Below are positions 51,100-60,713 of a stretch of 64,000 nucleotides of DNA, in pieces (position 1 is the first letter of the stretch; every line of letters begins with the position of its first letter). Position numbers and translations under genes: made by a program. The stretch comes from Pacificibacter sp. (lineage in GTDB: Bacteria > Pseudomonadota > Alphaproteobacteria > Rhodobacterales > Rhodobacteraceae): positions 4,429-68,428 of the forward strand of contig NZ_JBDMZG010000023.1 in NCBI RefSeq assembly GCF_039769035.1, written 5' to 3'. Under the pieces are notes generated by a model. It was not told where the DNA came from. It saw only the letters and a list, made by a program, of their open reading frames with translations, and searched no databases.

Positions 51100-52569
51100 A
51101 TGCAATACGATAAGCAAACCCCTACAACTGAATTGACAGGTGATATGTTGACCTGCGAAGTCCTCGTGGCGATCTCGAAGGGACAAATGCATGCGAGCTT
51201 ATCTGAAGCAGCAACACAGCGTATAGCCGAGTCTCGCAAGCATGTGGATAAGATTGTCAATGAAAGGCGTCCTGCATACGGTATTACAACGGGAGTTGGA
51301 TCTCAAAAAGATCATCAAATCGATATGGAGGCTGTCGCCTTGTACAATCGGCGTTTGGTGAAAGGGCATGCGACGCGTGTGCCGGGGCCATCTTACGACC
51401 CTTCGATTGTGCGCGGCGCATTGGTCGTCCTCTTGAATGGGTTCGCCAAAGGTGGATCTGGTGTCACACCGGAGCTGACAAAAATTTTGAAACAGAAAAT
51501 TTCCGCGAGCGAGATGCCAACAATTGATGCAAGCGGATCGGTCAGTGCATCCGACCTTGTGCCTCTGGCTCAAACCGCCGACTGGTTGCTATCAAGCGAA
51601 GACGCCGAGTCAGCAGGACTGCCCAAGGCAAAAGAAACGCTCTCTTTGATCAACTGGAATGCATTTACTCTGTCCGAAGGGGCGCAGCACATAACGGAAC
51701 TGCTGCGTTTGCTGGACGTTTATACTCTTGCGTTGGCGACAACATACGAAGGCTTTCGAAGCAATCTTGATGCCATTGCGGAGCCCGTGAATGCGCTTCA
51801 CCGGCGAGGCGGACAGTCTAAAGTTGCGGCCGATCTGCGGGCTCACCTTAAGGGCAGTGCGCTTTGGCAATCTGGTGCCTCGCGGTTCCTCCAAGATCCT
51901 CTAAGCTTTCGGACGGCCTCACAGATCCATGGGGCTACATTTGAGTGCTTTAAGTCGCTAGAATCCGTTTGGAACAGCGAGTTGAACACCGTCAATGACA
52001 ACCCTATTATTGATCGCGCTGATGGTCGGGCATATTCACATGGCAACATGGACACCACGCGGTTTACGCTGGCGCTGGACACTGCGCGGCAAGCCTTGGC
52101 TAAGGTGGTGGATGTGTCTGGTGAGCGTATTCACAAACAACAATGGCCCGTTTTTTCCGGTCTGCCTATTGGCCTTTCTGAAGAGGATTCCGCGACTGGG
52201 GGCGTTCAGTTTTTGAACCTTGGGCACATCTCTTCTTCCCTGATCACATCGGTGAAAATTTGGGCCACACCACACTTGCTAAACTCAGTTGGACAGGTGG
52301 CTGATGGGGTTGAAGACACTGCAAGCCATGCCATGCACGCCGTACATGATTTGAAAAGGCAATTGGATGCGAGCTGGAAGATTGCCGCTTTAGAAATGCT
52401 GGTGGCTGTTTGGGCCATTCACCGCCGTAAATTGCCTTTGGATGAGTTGGGAAAAGATGTGCGAGAGGTGTATCAAACGCTTCTCCCTTTGCTGCCCATC
52501 GGTCATGAAGGTGATGCAGTTTTCGATCTGGCGGAGGTCATAGCTGCGGTTAAGGCAATCAGGGTTTAG
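51100..52569 (+). CDS. HAL/PAL-superfamily lyase lacking the MIO motif (lyase 1)
   Basis: YGITTGVG, NGFAKGGSGV, QDPLSFR..QIHGA, NTVNDNP, HGN and VED; GSVSASDL at 51535-51558 instead of GSVGASGDL. Confidence 0.85.
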   Translation: MQYDKQTPTTELTGDMLTCEVLVAISKGQMHASLSEAATQRIAESRKHVDKIVNERRPAYGITTGVGSQKDHQIDMEAVALYNRRLVKGHATRVPGPSYDPSIVRGALVVLLNGFAKGGSGVTPELTKILKQKISASEMPTIDASGSVSASDLVPLAQTADWLLSSEDAESAGLPKAKETLSLINWNAFTLSEGAQHITELLRLLDVYTLALATTYEGFRSNLDAIAEPVNALHRRGGQSKVAADLRAHLKGSALWQSGASRFLQDPLSFRTASQIHGATFECFKSLESVWNSELNTVNDNPIIDRADGRAYSHGNMDTTRFTLALDTARQALAKVVDVSGERIHKQQWPVFSGLPIGLSEEDSATGGVQFLNLGHISSSLITSVKIWATPHLLNSVGQVADGVEDTASHAMHAVHDLKRQLDASWKIAALEMLVAVWAIHRRKLPLDELGKDVREVYQTLLPLLPIGHEGDAVFDLAEVIAAVKAIRV

Positions 52570-53473
52570 GGGCCGCTTGTTTTAGCAGCTGTTGAATGTG
52601 ATCCAAATATTGCGACTTGCGCGGCTTAACTTCGCTTAGGCTCCGTGCGTTTTGCGACACATAATATCCGTACGGCAAGCTGAGTTGAGTGCTGGCGAGC
52701 GCAGTGACTTGGCCTGCCGTTATGGCCTTTTGCGCTAAGCTGAGCGGGGCAAGCATGATACCAGCGCCTCGGATCGCCAGTTCCAGCCCTATGTTTGTCC
52801 CAGCAACGCGCAGACCTGCACGCGCATCGGAGATTTTACGGTTTCCAAAATTTCGAAACCAAGTCGCCCAAGTCGGATATGACGTATATGTTTCGCCCCA
52901 ATCTACATGAATGAGCAGCCTGTCGGGGATGTCCAAAAGATCCGGCGGCAGGTGCTGTGCCAAAGGGGGGGCACAGATGGGGGCCACGGTGTCTTGGAAA
53001 AGCAATTGGCTGGTGACGTTTGCGGAGTTGTGGTCTTGAAACGAGACTCTCAAGTCGATCTCGTGTTGGTCAAAGACAAACGGATCTGAGTCTATTTGAA
53101 GCGACACGCCCACCTGAGGGTTGGAGTGCCGAAACTTGGCGACAGCGGGAACAACCAAACCTTCGGCAAGCGATTGAATTGTGCTGATCACAATTCTGGA
53201 GCGCATATCCTGCTCAAGAAATCGCTCCGTGATTTCAGAAAGATCTGACAGGGCACGGGCCACGTGGGGGTATAGCATCTGTCCCGCATCCGTCGTCGTT
53301 AGGAAGTTGTTGCCGCGCAGAAATAATTGCTTTCCAAGGAACTCTTCGGCTTTGCTGACTTGAAGACTGACGGCTGCGGATGAGACGCCGAGTTCCGCAC
53401 CGGCAGCCGTGAATGTTCCGCATCTGACCGTGGCTTCGAAGGCTTTAATCGCGTTGAGAGGGGGTAATTTCAT
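52559..53473 (-). CDS. LysR regulator, GcvA/AmpR type
   Basis: MKLPPLNAIKAFEA..FTAAGAELGVSSAAVSLQV; divergent from the OCD gene. Confidence 0.9.
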   Translation of the reverse strand: MKLPPLNAIKAFEATVRCGTFTAAGAELGVSSAAVSLQVSKAEEFLGKQLFLRGNNFLTTTDAGQMLYPHVARALSDLSEITERFLEQDMRSRIVISTIQSLAEGLVVPAVAKFRHSNPQVGVSLQIDSDPFVFDQHEIDLRVSFQDHNSANVTSQLLFQDTVAPICAPPLAQHLPPDLLDIPDRLLIHVDWGETYTSYPTWATWFRNFGNRKISDARAGLRVAGTNIGLELAIRGAGIMLAPLSLAQKAITAGQVTALASTQLSLPYGYYVSQNARSLSEVKPRKSQYLDHIQQLLKQAAPKP

Positions 53474-53578
53474 AGGGCCAGTATTGGCATAAGAAAAACT
53501 TGTGCAATGCCCAATTTTTCTAGAATCACGTTTTTCTTGAAAGCGCGTAATCTGTTCCAAACTGAATTGGAGGAAACG

Positions 53579-54589
53579 ATGTCGCGTATGGAAATTGAAT
53601 ATTTGGGCAAACCGGAAATCGATGCACTGGCTCTGACGAACGATGAAATTTTAAATGCCATCGAGCAGGGCTTGATTGCAGCTGGGCAGGGCAAAACCGT
53701 TATCGAGCCGCGCATGCACCTGACCCCTGACCCGAGCTTCGATGGGCATTTCAACGTTCTGCGCGGATATGTTGAGCCGCTCAACTATGCTGGCGTTAAA
53801 GTCGTGGGTGATTTTGTCGACAACTACAAACATGGGTTACCCAGTGAGTTGGCCCTGCTGAACCTGTTCTGTCCACGCACTGGTGCGCCCAAAGCCGTGA
53901 TCGATGCCGCAGGCATTACGGATATGCGGACGGGAGCATTGACTGCGCTCGGGGCGAAATGGCTTGGTCCAAAAAATCCAAAAGTATTGGGGCACCTTGG
54001 GGCCCGAGGGACGTCCTATTGGAATGTGCGTCTTCTCGATCACCTTTTTGACTTTGAAGAAATTCGTGTGCATTCGCGCCGCCCAGAAAGCCGCAATGCT
54101 TTTGCAGAGAAGCTGACACAGGACCTCGGCAAGAAAATCACTGTAACGGAAGATTGGGAAAGCTGCCTTAAAAGCGCTGACATTATGATAGAAGCAACGC
54201 GTCTGAATGAACCAACGCCAAAGTTCGACCGGTCATGGGTGAAAAAAGGAAGCTTGGTCATACCGTATGGCACGATGAGCACGCTGCCGTTGGATTTCGT
54301 GGAGGGCATAGACAAATTCGTCATGGATGATTTGGGGCAAATGCGTGCGGGGCACCTCGGAGCACTGCGGCCACATATTGATGCGGGTCTGATCTCAGAA
54401 GAGAACTTTTACGCAGAGATCGGTGAGATAGCAGCCGGATTGAAACCTGGACGTGAACATGAGGATGAGACCATCTTGTTTTGGCACCGGGGTATGTCGA
54501 CCGGCGATATCGCTTTGGGAGCAGCGATTTTGGAAAAAGCACGCGCACGCGGCAATGTGCAAAATCTGCTTTACCGAGAAGACCAATGA
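53579..54589 (+). CDS. Ornithine cyclodeaminase / mu-crystallin family protein
   Basis: GVKVVGDF, TDMRTGA, GARG Rossmann motif, ADIMIEAT, EIGEIAAG..GRE and GDIALG. Confidence 0.88.
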   Translation: MSRMEIEYLGKPEIDALALTNDEILNAIEQGLIAAGQGKTVIEPRMHLTPDPSFDGHFNVLRGYVEPLNYAGVKVVGDFVDNYKHGLPSELALLNLFCPRTGAPKAVIDAAGITDMRTGALTALGAKWLGPKNPKVLGHLGARGTSYWNVRLLDHLFDFEEIRVHSRRPESRNAFAEKLTQDLGKKITVTEDWESCLKSADIMIEATRLNEPTPKFDRSWVKKGSLVIPYGTMSTLPLDFVEGIDKFVMDDLGQMRAGHLGALRPHIDAGLISEENFYAEIGEIAAGLKPGREHEDETILFWHRGMSTGDIALGAAILEKARARGNVQNLLYREDQ

Positions 54590-56115
54590 AAGCGCTGAGA
54601 TTAGACGGTTCAAACTTGACTGTTGGCGTCTTGGCGCGAGCGGCTTGTGGGGAATACCAAGTCGAGCTTTCAGACACGGGCTTAGAACGCATGCGCCGCG
54701 CGCGAGCACTTGTGGACCGCGTGATCGAACAGCGCGTTCCTGTCTACGGTGTGACAACTGGCCTTGGGGCCAGATCATCCGAAGCGCTCGATGCGCACAC
54801 CTTGCAGGAATTCTCAATCCAAACTCTGCGTGGGCGGGCGCAAGCGATGGGGTCAAAGGCGCCCCGCGAAATTGTGCGCGCCGCCATGATCGTCAGGGCG
54901 AACACAATGCTGACGGGATATAGTGGCGCTCGGCCGCAAGTCGCGCTGCATCTAGCGGCCTGTCTGAATGCCAATTTGACCCCTGTCGTTGGTGAGGTCG
55001 GCTCGATTGGCGCCGCAGATCTTGTGCAGAACGCAACGCTTGGTCTTGCTTTGATTGGCGAAGGAGAGATGCAAGATGCGTCAGGTGAAATCGGGCCGAG
55101 CGCTGATAAAATGCGTGCATACGGCATCACCCCACTGACGTTGGGGCCCAAAGACGGCTTGGCTTTGGCCAATCATACAGGCTTTTCAAGTGGAGCTGCT
55201 GCTCTGGCGTGTCATGCCGCTGAGGTTGCATTTGAAGTGGCGCAAACGGCGGCCTCTTTGTCATTAGAAGCCTTTCGCGCCAATTTAACCCCCTTCAAAC
55301 ACAGCGTGCTTGCGGCGAAACCGTTGCCCGGGCAAAGCTTGGTGGCCGCAGGGCTGAGAGCGCGCTTAGAGGGGAGTTTGCTGTGGGATGAAAAACATGC
55401 ACGCCGTCTTCAAGATCCGCTGTCCTATCGCAATATCTGCCAAATTCATGGGGCGACCGCCAGTGCCTTAGAGCAGGCTCGATTGGTCGTTGAGATTGAA
55501 GCGAACGGCTCAAGTGACAATCCGATTGCATTGATCGAAAGCGATGAGATTATCTCGTGCGGCAACTACTATACGGCTGAATTGGGTCAGGGGATTGAGG
55601 GGATAAGCCGCGCAATCGCCTCGCAGGCCATGGCTCAATTGTCGCGGATGTCCAAACTGCTTCATCCTGACTTTAGCGGGCTGCCCGCATTTTTGGCGCA
55701 GGAGAACAGTGGATCAAATGGGTTCGCTCCCGTTATGAAGACCGCCGAGGCGTGGTTGGCCAAACTCGTACATGCTGCGCAACCGGTGCCAATTTGGCCG
55801 AGCATCAATGCCAATGGGGTAGAAGATTGTCTGCCCAATTCACCACAGTCTATTTCTGCGTTGTCTACTGCGGTTGAGTGCATGCGCCATATGAATGCTC
55901 TGGAGCTTTTGATTGCTGCGCAAGCGATCGAGCTGCGTGCGTGTCAGGTTGAGATGGCGCCCTTTGTTCAAGGCACTTTCGCCATGGTGCGCACGCATGC
56001 AAAGGCTTTGACGATAGACCGCTCTTTTGGCTGCGATGTGGATGGGCTGGTGCAGGTCATGCGGGCTGGTGCAAGCTCCGCACTCTTTCCGGTGTGTGCT
56101 ATGTCGCGTAAATGA
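54586..56115 (+). CDS. HAL/PAL-superfamily lyase lacking the MIO motif (lyase 2)
   Basis: VYGVTTGLG, GYSGAR, LGPKDGLALAN, QDPLSYRNICQIHGA, SDNP and VED; GSIGAADL at 55000-55023; ATGA-coupled to the OCD gene. Confidence 0.85.
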   Translation: MKALRLDGSNLTVGVLARAACGEYQVELSDTGLERMRRARALVDRVIEQRVPVYGVTTGLGARSSEALDAHTLQEFSIQTLRGRAQAMGSKAPREIVRAAMIVRANTMLTGYSGARPQVALHLAACLNANLTPVVGEVGSIGAADLVQNATLGLALIGEGEMQDASGEIGPSADKMRAYGITPLTLGPKDGLALANHTGFSSGAAALACHAAEVAFEVAQTAASLSLEAFRANLTPFKHSVLAAKPLPGQSLVAAGLRARLEGSLLWDEKHARRLQDPLSYRNICQIHGATASALEQARLVVEIEANGSSDNPIALIESDEIISCGNYYTAELGQGIEGISRAIASQAMAQLSRMSKLLHPDFSGLPAFLAQENSGSNGFAPVMKTAEAWLAKLVHAAQPVPIWPSINANGVEDCLPNSPQSISALSTAVECMRHMNALELLIAAQAIELRACQVEMAPFVQGTFAMVRTHAKALTIDRSFGCDVDGLVQVMRAGASSALFPVCAMSRK

Positions 56116-56239
56116 GTGAATGCGATAGATAGTCGGTGATGTGTTTGGAAATCCCGCGAATGCGACCAACTCACGACAGGTAAGTACGTCTCATCTATGC
56201 GAAATACTGTTCAGTTAAACTTCGCAGAATGGGACATCT

Positions 56240-57232
56240 ATGAAACTCGAACAGAACACTGCAGCGCTCGCTGAGACGGGACGCATCTATTCGGAGAAAC
56301 ATGACAATTTAGCTGTTGGTATCGAGTGGCCGACGCTGGGTATCGCAGCGGTTTGTATTGTTCTTATGCCATTGATCACCTACTTTTCCGACAGCTTTCC
56401 CTTGGTGCTATCCGTGCTGGCGCTCGGGATTGTCCTCGCCCTTCAATCTTCTTTGCAGCATGAAGTTTTGCATGGTCACCCCTTTTCGAGCGAAGCCTTA
56501 AATGAGCTTTTGGTTTTTCTGCCTGCCGGCCTATTTGTGCCCTATCGCCGTTTTAAGGACACGCATATCCAGCATCACTATGATCCAAATTTAACTGACC
56601 CTTATGATGATCCAGAAAGCAATTTCTTGGACCCAAAAAAATGGGATCAAATGGGCCCGCTGCACCGACTGATCTATCGAATGAACAACACAATGTTTGG
56701 GCGGATGGTGCTAGGGCCTGCACTTGGTATGATCTGTTTCTACACGTCAGATTTACGCGAAATATCACGGGGAAATACACGAGTTTTGACGGCTTATGCG
56801 CTGCATTTCATTGGTTTCATTCCGTTAGCTTTCTGGCTCACTACCCTTAGTACAATGCCGTTTTGGGCCTATTTTTGTGCGGCCTATTTCGGAATGTCGT
56901 TGCTCAAAATACGAACTTTTCTAGAGCACCAAGCCCACGAGAAAGTGCCAGGGCGAACAGTTGTCATTGAAGATCGTGGGCCTTTGTCACTCCTGTTTTT
57001 GAACAATAATTTCCATTCGGTGCATCATGCCCACCCGAAGGTTGTTTGGTACCGGCTGCCGCAACTCTATGCACTGCGCCGAGAAGAGTATTTGCGCATG
57101 AACCAAGGGTATCTTTTTGAGAGCTATGGTGACGTGTTCCGACGTTTCCTCTTTAAAGCTAAAGATCCGGTCCCCCATCCACTGCGTGCCAGCCCTTGTG
57201 ACTTGGATTCAAAACAGGATTTACCAAACTGA
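56240..57232 (+). CDS. Membrane diiron fatty-acid-desaturase-superfamily protein
   Basis: His boxes QHEVLH, HIQHH and NFHSVHH; hydrophobic segments. Confidence 0.85.
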   Translation: MKLEQNTAALAETGRIYSEKHDNLAVGIEWPTLGIAAVCIVLMPLITYFSDSFPLVLSVLALGIVLALQSSLQHEVLHGHPFSSEALNELLVFLPAGLFVPYRRFKDTHIQHHYDPNLTDPYDDPESNFLDPKKWDQMGPLHRLIYRMNNTMFGRMVLGPALGMICFYTSDLREISRGNTRVLTAYALHFIGFIPLAFWLTTLSTMPFWAYFCAAYFGMSLLKIRTFLEHQAHEKVPGRTVVIEDRGPLSLLFLNNNFHSVHHAHPKVVWYRLPQLYALRREEYLRMNQGYLFESYGDVFRRFLFKAKDPVPHPLRASPCDLDSKQDLPN

Positions 57233-58047
57233 TGAGAATGACACCTAAACACGCTAGCTTGCCGATGTATGATTTCGCAGGGGTAGCGGAGGCGACGGAT
57301 CTACTTTGGTCGCACTTGAAGCGCGGACCTCTTTCTGAGTTTTACGATGCCCCTGATCGACTGACGCGAGGTATGGATCTTTGGGACCTGTGGCAGCGTG
57401 AGAACTTGTTTCTGGCGCAGACTTGCGGGTTTCCATTTGTACATAAATTACGAGGGCAGGTCGGGCTTGTGGGAACGCCGGACTACGGCGTCGTGCCAGA
57501 AAAACCCGGTTGGTACTATAGCGTGATCCTATGCCGCCAAGACGATCCACGCAGGACTTTGGCGGATTTTGAGGGGGCAAAATTTGCCCTCAATGAAACC
57601 GGTAGCCAGTCCGGATGCCATGCCTTGATGCACACGCTAAATACGCAATTCGGTACCGAAAAATTGCTGGGAGGCAGCTTGTTGACGGGCGCGCATGTGC
57701 ACTCTGCCCTCGCGGTTTTAGAAGGCGAAGCCGACATTGCGGCCGTGGATATTGTGACATGGTTGCATGTTCAGCGCGATCATCCCGAAGTGTCTGGATT
57801 AAGGGTTCTCTTGCAAACGGAGCCAACACCTGGATTACCTTATATTACGGCCAATGCACAGGATGCAGCGCAACTGGGAGAATGCATTTCTGAAGGCATT
57901 CAATCCTTACCTGCGCAGACTGCGAAAGCTCTCTTTCTGAAGGGGGTCTGGCGCTCTAGCGAGGCGGATTATGATATTATTGAGGCCCGAGCCCATGCCG
58001 CAAAAGCCGTTTTTGAAAGCTATTTTCCAAACGGTCTTGCTCATTAG
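57232..58047 (+). CDS. PhnD-like PBP2-fold protein without an obvious signal peptide
   Basis: ASLPMYD, LAQTCGFP, YYSV, ALNETGSQSG, TGAHVHSALAVLEGEADIAAVD and TPGLPYIT; TGATG-coupled to the desaturase. Confidence 0.75.
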   Translation: MRMTPKHASLPMYDFAGVAEATDLLWSHLKRGPLSEFYDAPDRLTRGMDLWDLWQRENLFLAQTCGFPFVHKLRGQVGLVGTPDYGVVPEKPGWYYSVILCRQDDPRRTLADFEGAKFALNETGSQSGCHALMHTLNTQFGTEKLLGGSLLTGAHVHSALAVLEGEADIAAVDIVTWLHVQRDHPEVSGLRVLLQTEPTPGLPYITANAQDAAQLGECISEGIQSLPAQTAKALFLKGVWRSSEADYDIIEARAHAAKAVFESYFPNGLAH

Positions 58048-58218
58048 CTGACGGTTGATATGCCGTCCTCGTTGATCTCTTTGGTGCGCATTCTGCGCCG
58101 GCTCCCTGTGTGTTGAGCGAGAGGCTTTGGGAGGCATCAATGGCGTCATGAAACTGCCTCGATATCAGGCAGTTTGCGTTTCTGCTGTTGAAAAGGCGGT
58201 ATTCTGAAGCTTATCAGT

Positions 58219-59115
58219 TTGCAGTATTTCGTAACAAATGGTGTAAAAGAAAACAAAAAGGGTGCACGCAAATTGATTGATAAACGCGATACTGTGGCGG
58301 TTTTCCGTTCAAGACTTGGAATGTTGATCACGCGCCGTCGTGAGACAACATCGGCCTTTGCGCGGCGTTGCAAGTTGGACCGGTCCGCGCTCAGTCAATT
58401 TCTTGACCCTGGATCCGTTAGGTTGCCGCGGGCGGAAACCCTGACGTCAATTGCTGTGAATGAAGGCGTGAGCATTGATTGGTTACTGGGCATCAGTCAG
58501 GACGAAGAGTCTGTTGGCGAGGTCGCCTCGCTGTTGAATGTTGAACGCGGGCAGCTCGGCACGCGCGATTCACCTTTGGCCAAATGGCACAGCGATGCGA
58601 TTGGCTACAAAATCAGATATTCGCCGTTATCAATTCCGGACCTGCTAAGGACCGAAGCCGTGACCGAATATGAGTTCGATACAAACACACGTATACAGGC
58701 TGATGTGAAACAGGGCCAATCCCGTCATCAATTGGATTACTCCCGAAAACCAGAAACCGACATGGAGACGGTTGTGCCAATGCGTCACCTGCAGGATTTG
58801 GCTTCTGGGACAGGGGCATGGGCGGGATTGAGTAGATCGCACCGCAAAGAGCAGTTCGATCATATGATTCAATTGATCGATGAGCTCTATCCCACGTTCC
58901 GCCTCTTCTTGTACGATGGCCGTGCGCATTATTGTGCGCCTTTCACCTTGTTTGGGCCAAAGCGAGCAGCTGTCTTTTTGGGAGATATGTATTTGGTCAT
59001 CAACTCCGTAGAGCACATTCGGGAATTGACCAATTTCTTTGACAATATCATCAGGCATGCCGTGGTGGGGCCTGACCGCAGCTCTGCGTGGCTCAAAGCA
59101 TTGAAGGTTCAGTAG
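58219..59115 (+). CDS. XRE-type HTH transcriptional regulator with ligand-binding C-terminal domain (start uncertain, possibly TTG at 58273)
   Basis: SAFARRCKLDRSALSQFL..RLPRAETL..SIDWLLG; YPTFRLFLYD. Confidence 0.75.
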   Translation: MQYFVTNGVKENKKGARKLIDKRDTVAVFRSRLGMLITRRRETTSAFARRCKLDRSALSQFLDPGSVRLPRAETLTSIAVNEGVSIDWLLGISQDEESVGEVASLLNVERGQLGTRDSPLAKWHSDAIGYKIRYSPLSIPDLLRTEAVTEYEFDTNTRIQADVKQGQSRHQLDYSRKPETDMETVVPMRHLQDLASGTGAWAGLSRSHRKEQFDHMIQLIDELYPTFRLFLYDGRAHYCAPFTLFGPKRAAVFLGDMYLVINSVEHIRELTNFFDNIIRHAVVGPDRSSAWLKALKVQ

Positions 59116-59121
59116 CGCCTT

Positions 59122-60498
59122 CTATGAGGCAGCTTTAGCCGCGGTGGGTGTTTTTAACATGCCCCATGCTGCATAAGCGCTAATCAAGCATAGGATACAG
59201 CCAACCCAAAGCGCCAAAATGAAGCCACTATGAGCGCCCTCCAGTGGTTGGCCGACATCGGTGAACGTCACCCCCAACAGCGATCCGGCCAATAGCGCAC
59301 CAACACGTGCGACTGCTGTGTTGACGCCAGAAGCGATGCCAGACATCCGTGTTTCGACACTGTTTAAGGCGGATGTTGTTAAGGGGGCGACGACAATGCC
59401 CATGCCGATTGCCAGCAGGCATTCTCCGGGTAAAATCGCAGCCCAAGGATGTATTGGATGGAGTGGCAGCTGTGCGAGCGAAGCAAACCCAGTACCGACA
59501 ATGAGCGCACCTGAGGTGAGAACTGCGCGTTCTCCATATCTCATGGCTAAGCGCGTTCCGCCTTTGGAAATTACCCCAATGATCACGGAAAAGGGCATCA
59601 AAATTGCGCCTGCACCAGTCCCACTAAAGCCGTAAATCGTAATCAGCACATAGGGGAAAGAAATCAGGAAGCCACCTATCGCCATGTATAGGAAAAAAGT
59701 GATGACGGTAATTCCTAGAAAATCGCCCTCACGAAACAGTCTTATGGGCAGCATCGCGTAATCGGCTTTTTGGTGCTCAACTTTGATCAGCAGGCCACCC
59801 AAGACGAGTGCTCCGATGAACTGCGCCAGTGATTTTAGCAGGTGGGGCGAAGCGCTTGTTGCATCTGTGAGCCACCAAATGAGCGTGGCGAGAAAAAGTG
59901 AGGCAAGCAGTGTGCCTTGCCAGTCGAGCGATGATGCCTGCTTTTCATCGTCTTGTTTTGAGGCGATGTAAACGTGTCCCAAAATGAGGGTGATCAACCC
60001 TAATGGGACAAAGAGGCCCAAACACACACGCCACCCAAATGCATCAATGATCCAGCCGGCAAGAAGCGGGGCGGCGGCCCCCAAAATCGCTGTGGCTGCA
60101 GACCATGTGCCGATGGCACGGGCGCGGGCATCGCCTGTGTGGGTAATGGCAAGGATAGCCAGACTGGAGGGCACAATAAGAGCAGATCCAACGCCTTGTA
60201 CAAACCGCGCTATGAGCAGGGTTGTAAAATGAGGGGCAACAGCTGATGTGAGGCTGCCGGCTGTGAAGAGCCACAGCCCCAAGCTGAAGACTCGTTTGTG
60301 CCCAAAGTGATCCCCCAAGGCACCGCCTGTTAAAATGAGAGCGCCAAGCGGCAACATAAAGCTCGTGACAATCCACTGTAGTTGCGTTGGAGAGAGACCA
60401 AATTCTTGCTGTATGCTCGGTAGGGCGAGATTGGCAACGACGACGATTATGAGCGTCAGTGCTGATGCAAAAATTGAGGTGATCAAGATGGGGTTCAT
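59122..60498 (-). CDS. MFS efflux transporter, DHA2-like
   Basis: ALPSIQQEF, LQWIVTSF, GALGDHFGHKRVF, ARFVQGVGSAL and ASGVNTAVARVG. Confidence 0.88.
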   Translation of the reverse strand: MNPILITSIFASALTLIIVVVANLALPSIQQEFGLSPTQLQWIVTSFMLPLGALILTGGALGDHFGHKRVFSLGLWLFTAGSLTSAVAPHFTTLLIARFVQGVGSALIVPSSLAILAITHTGDARARAIGTWSAATAILGAAAPLLAGWIIDAFGWRVCLGLFVPLGLITLILGHVYIASKQDDEKQASSLDWQGTLLASLFLATLIWWLTDATSASPHLLKSLAQFIGALVLGGLLIKVEHQKADYAMLPIRLFREGDFLGITVITFFLYMAIGGFLISFPYVLITIYGFSGTGAGAILMPFSVIIGVISKGGTRLAMRYGERAVLTSGALIVGTGFASLAQLPLHPIHPWAAILPGECLLAIGMGIVVAPLTTSALNSVETRMSGIASGVNTAVARVGALLAGSLLGVTFTDVGQPLEGAHSGFILALWVGCILCLISAYAAWGMLKTPTAAKAAS

Positions 60499-60713
60499 GC
60501 GCCGTGTGAAAGTCAATGAGTGCTCCCTAATTGCTACGCAGCAATTCGTTGAGTTGAAATATAGGTCTAGAAAAGAGCTGCGCTATTAAACGACGTGCCG
60601 CACAGTTTCAAAACAGGTGAATGTCCGACTTCATGTTGTGACTTCACATGGTTGAGTGCGCAGTAGCACAGATTTTCGCGCTGATTTAAAACTTCACTAT
60701 GGCAAAAAAATTC

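Noticed and set aside
51100-56115. Annotating the two lyases as hutH
   Set aside because: Both lack the Ala-Ser-Gly needed to form MIO; the gene symbol is withheld
57232-58047. Phosphonate uptake (phnD) operon
   Set aside because: No phnCE or C-P lyase genes, and no signal peptide
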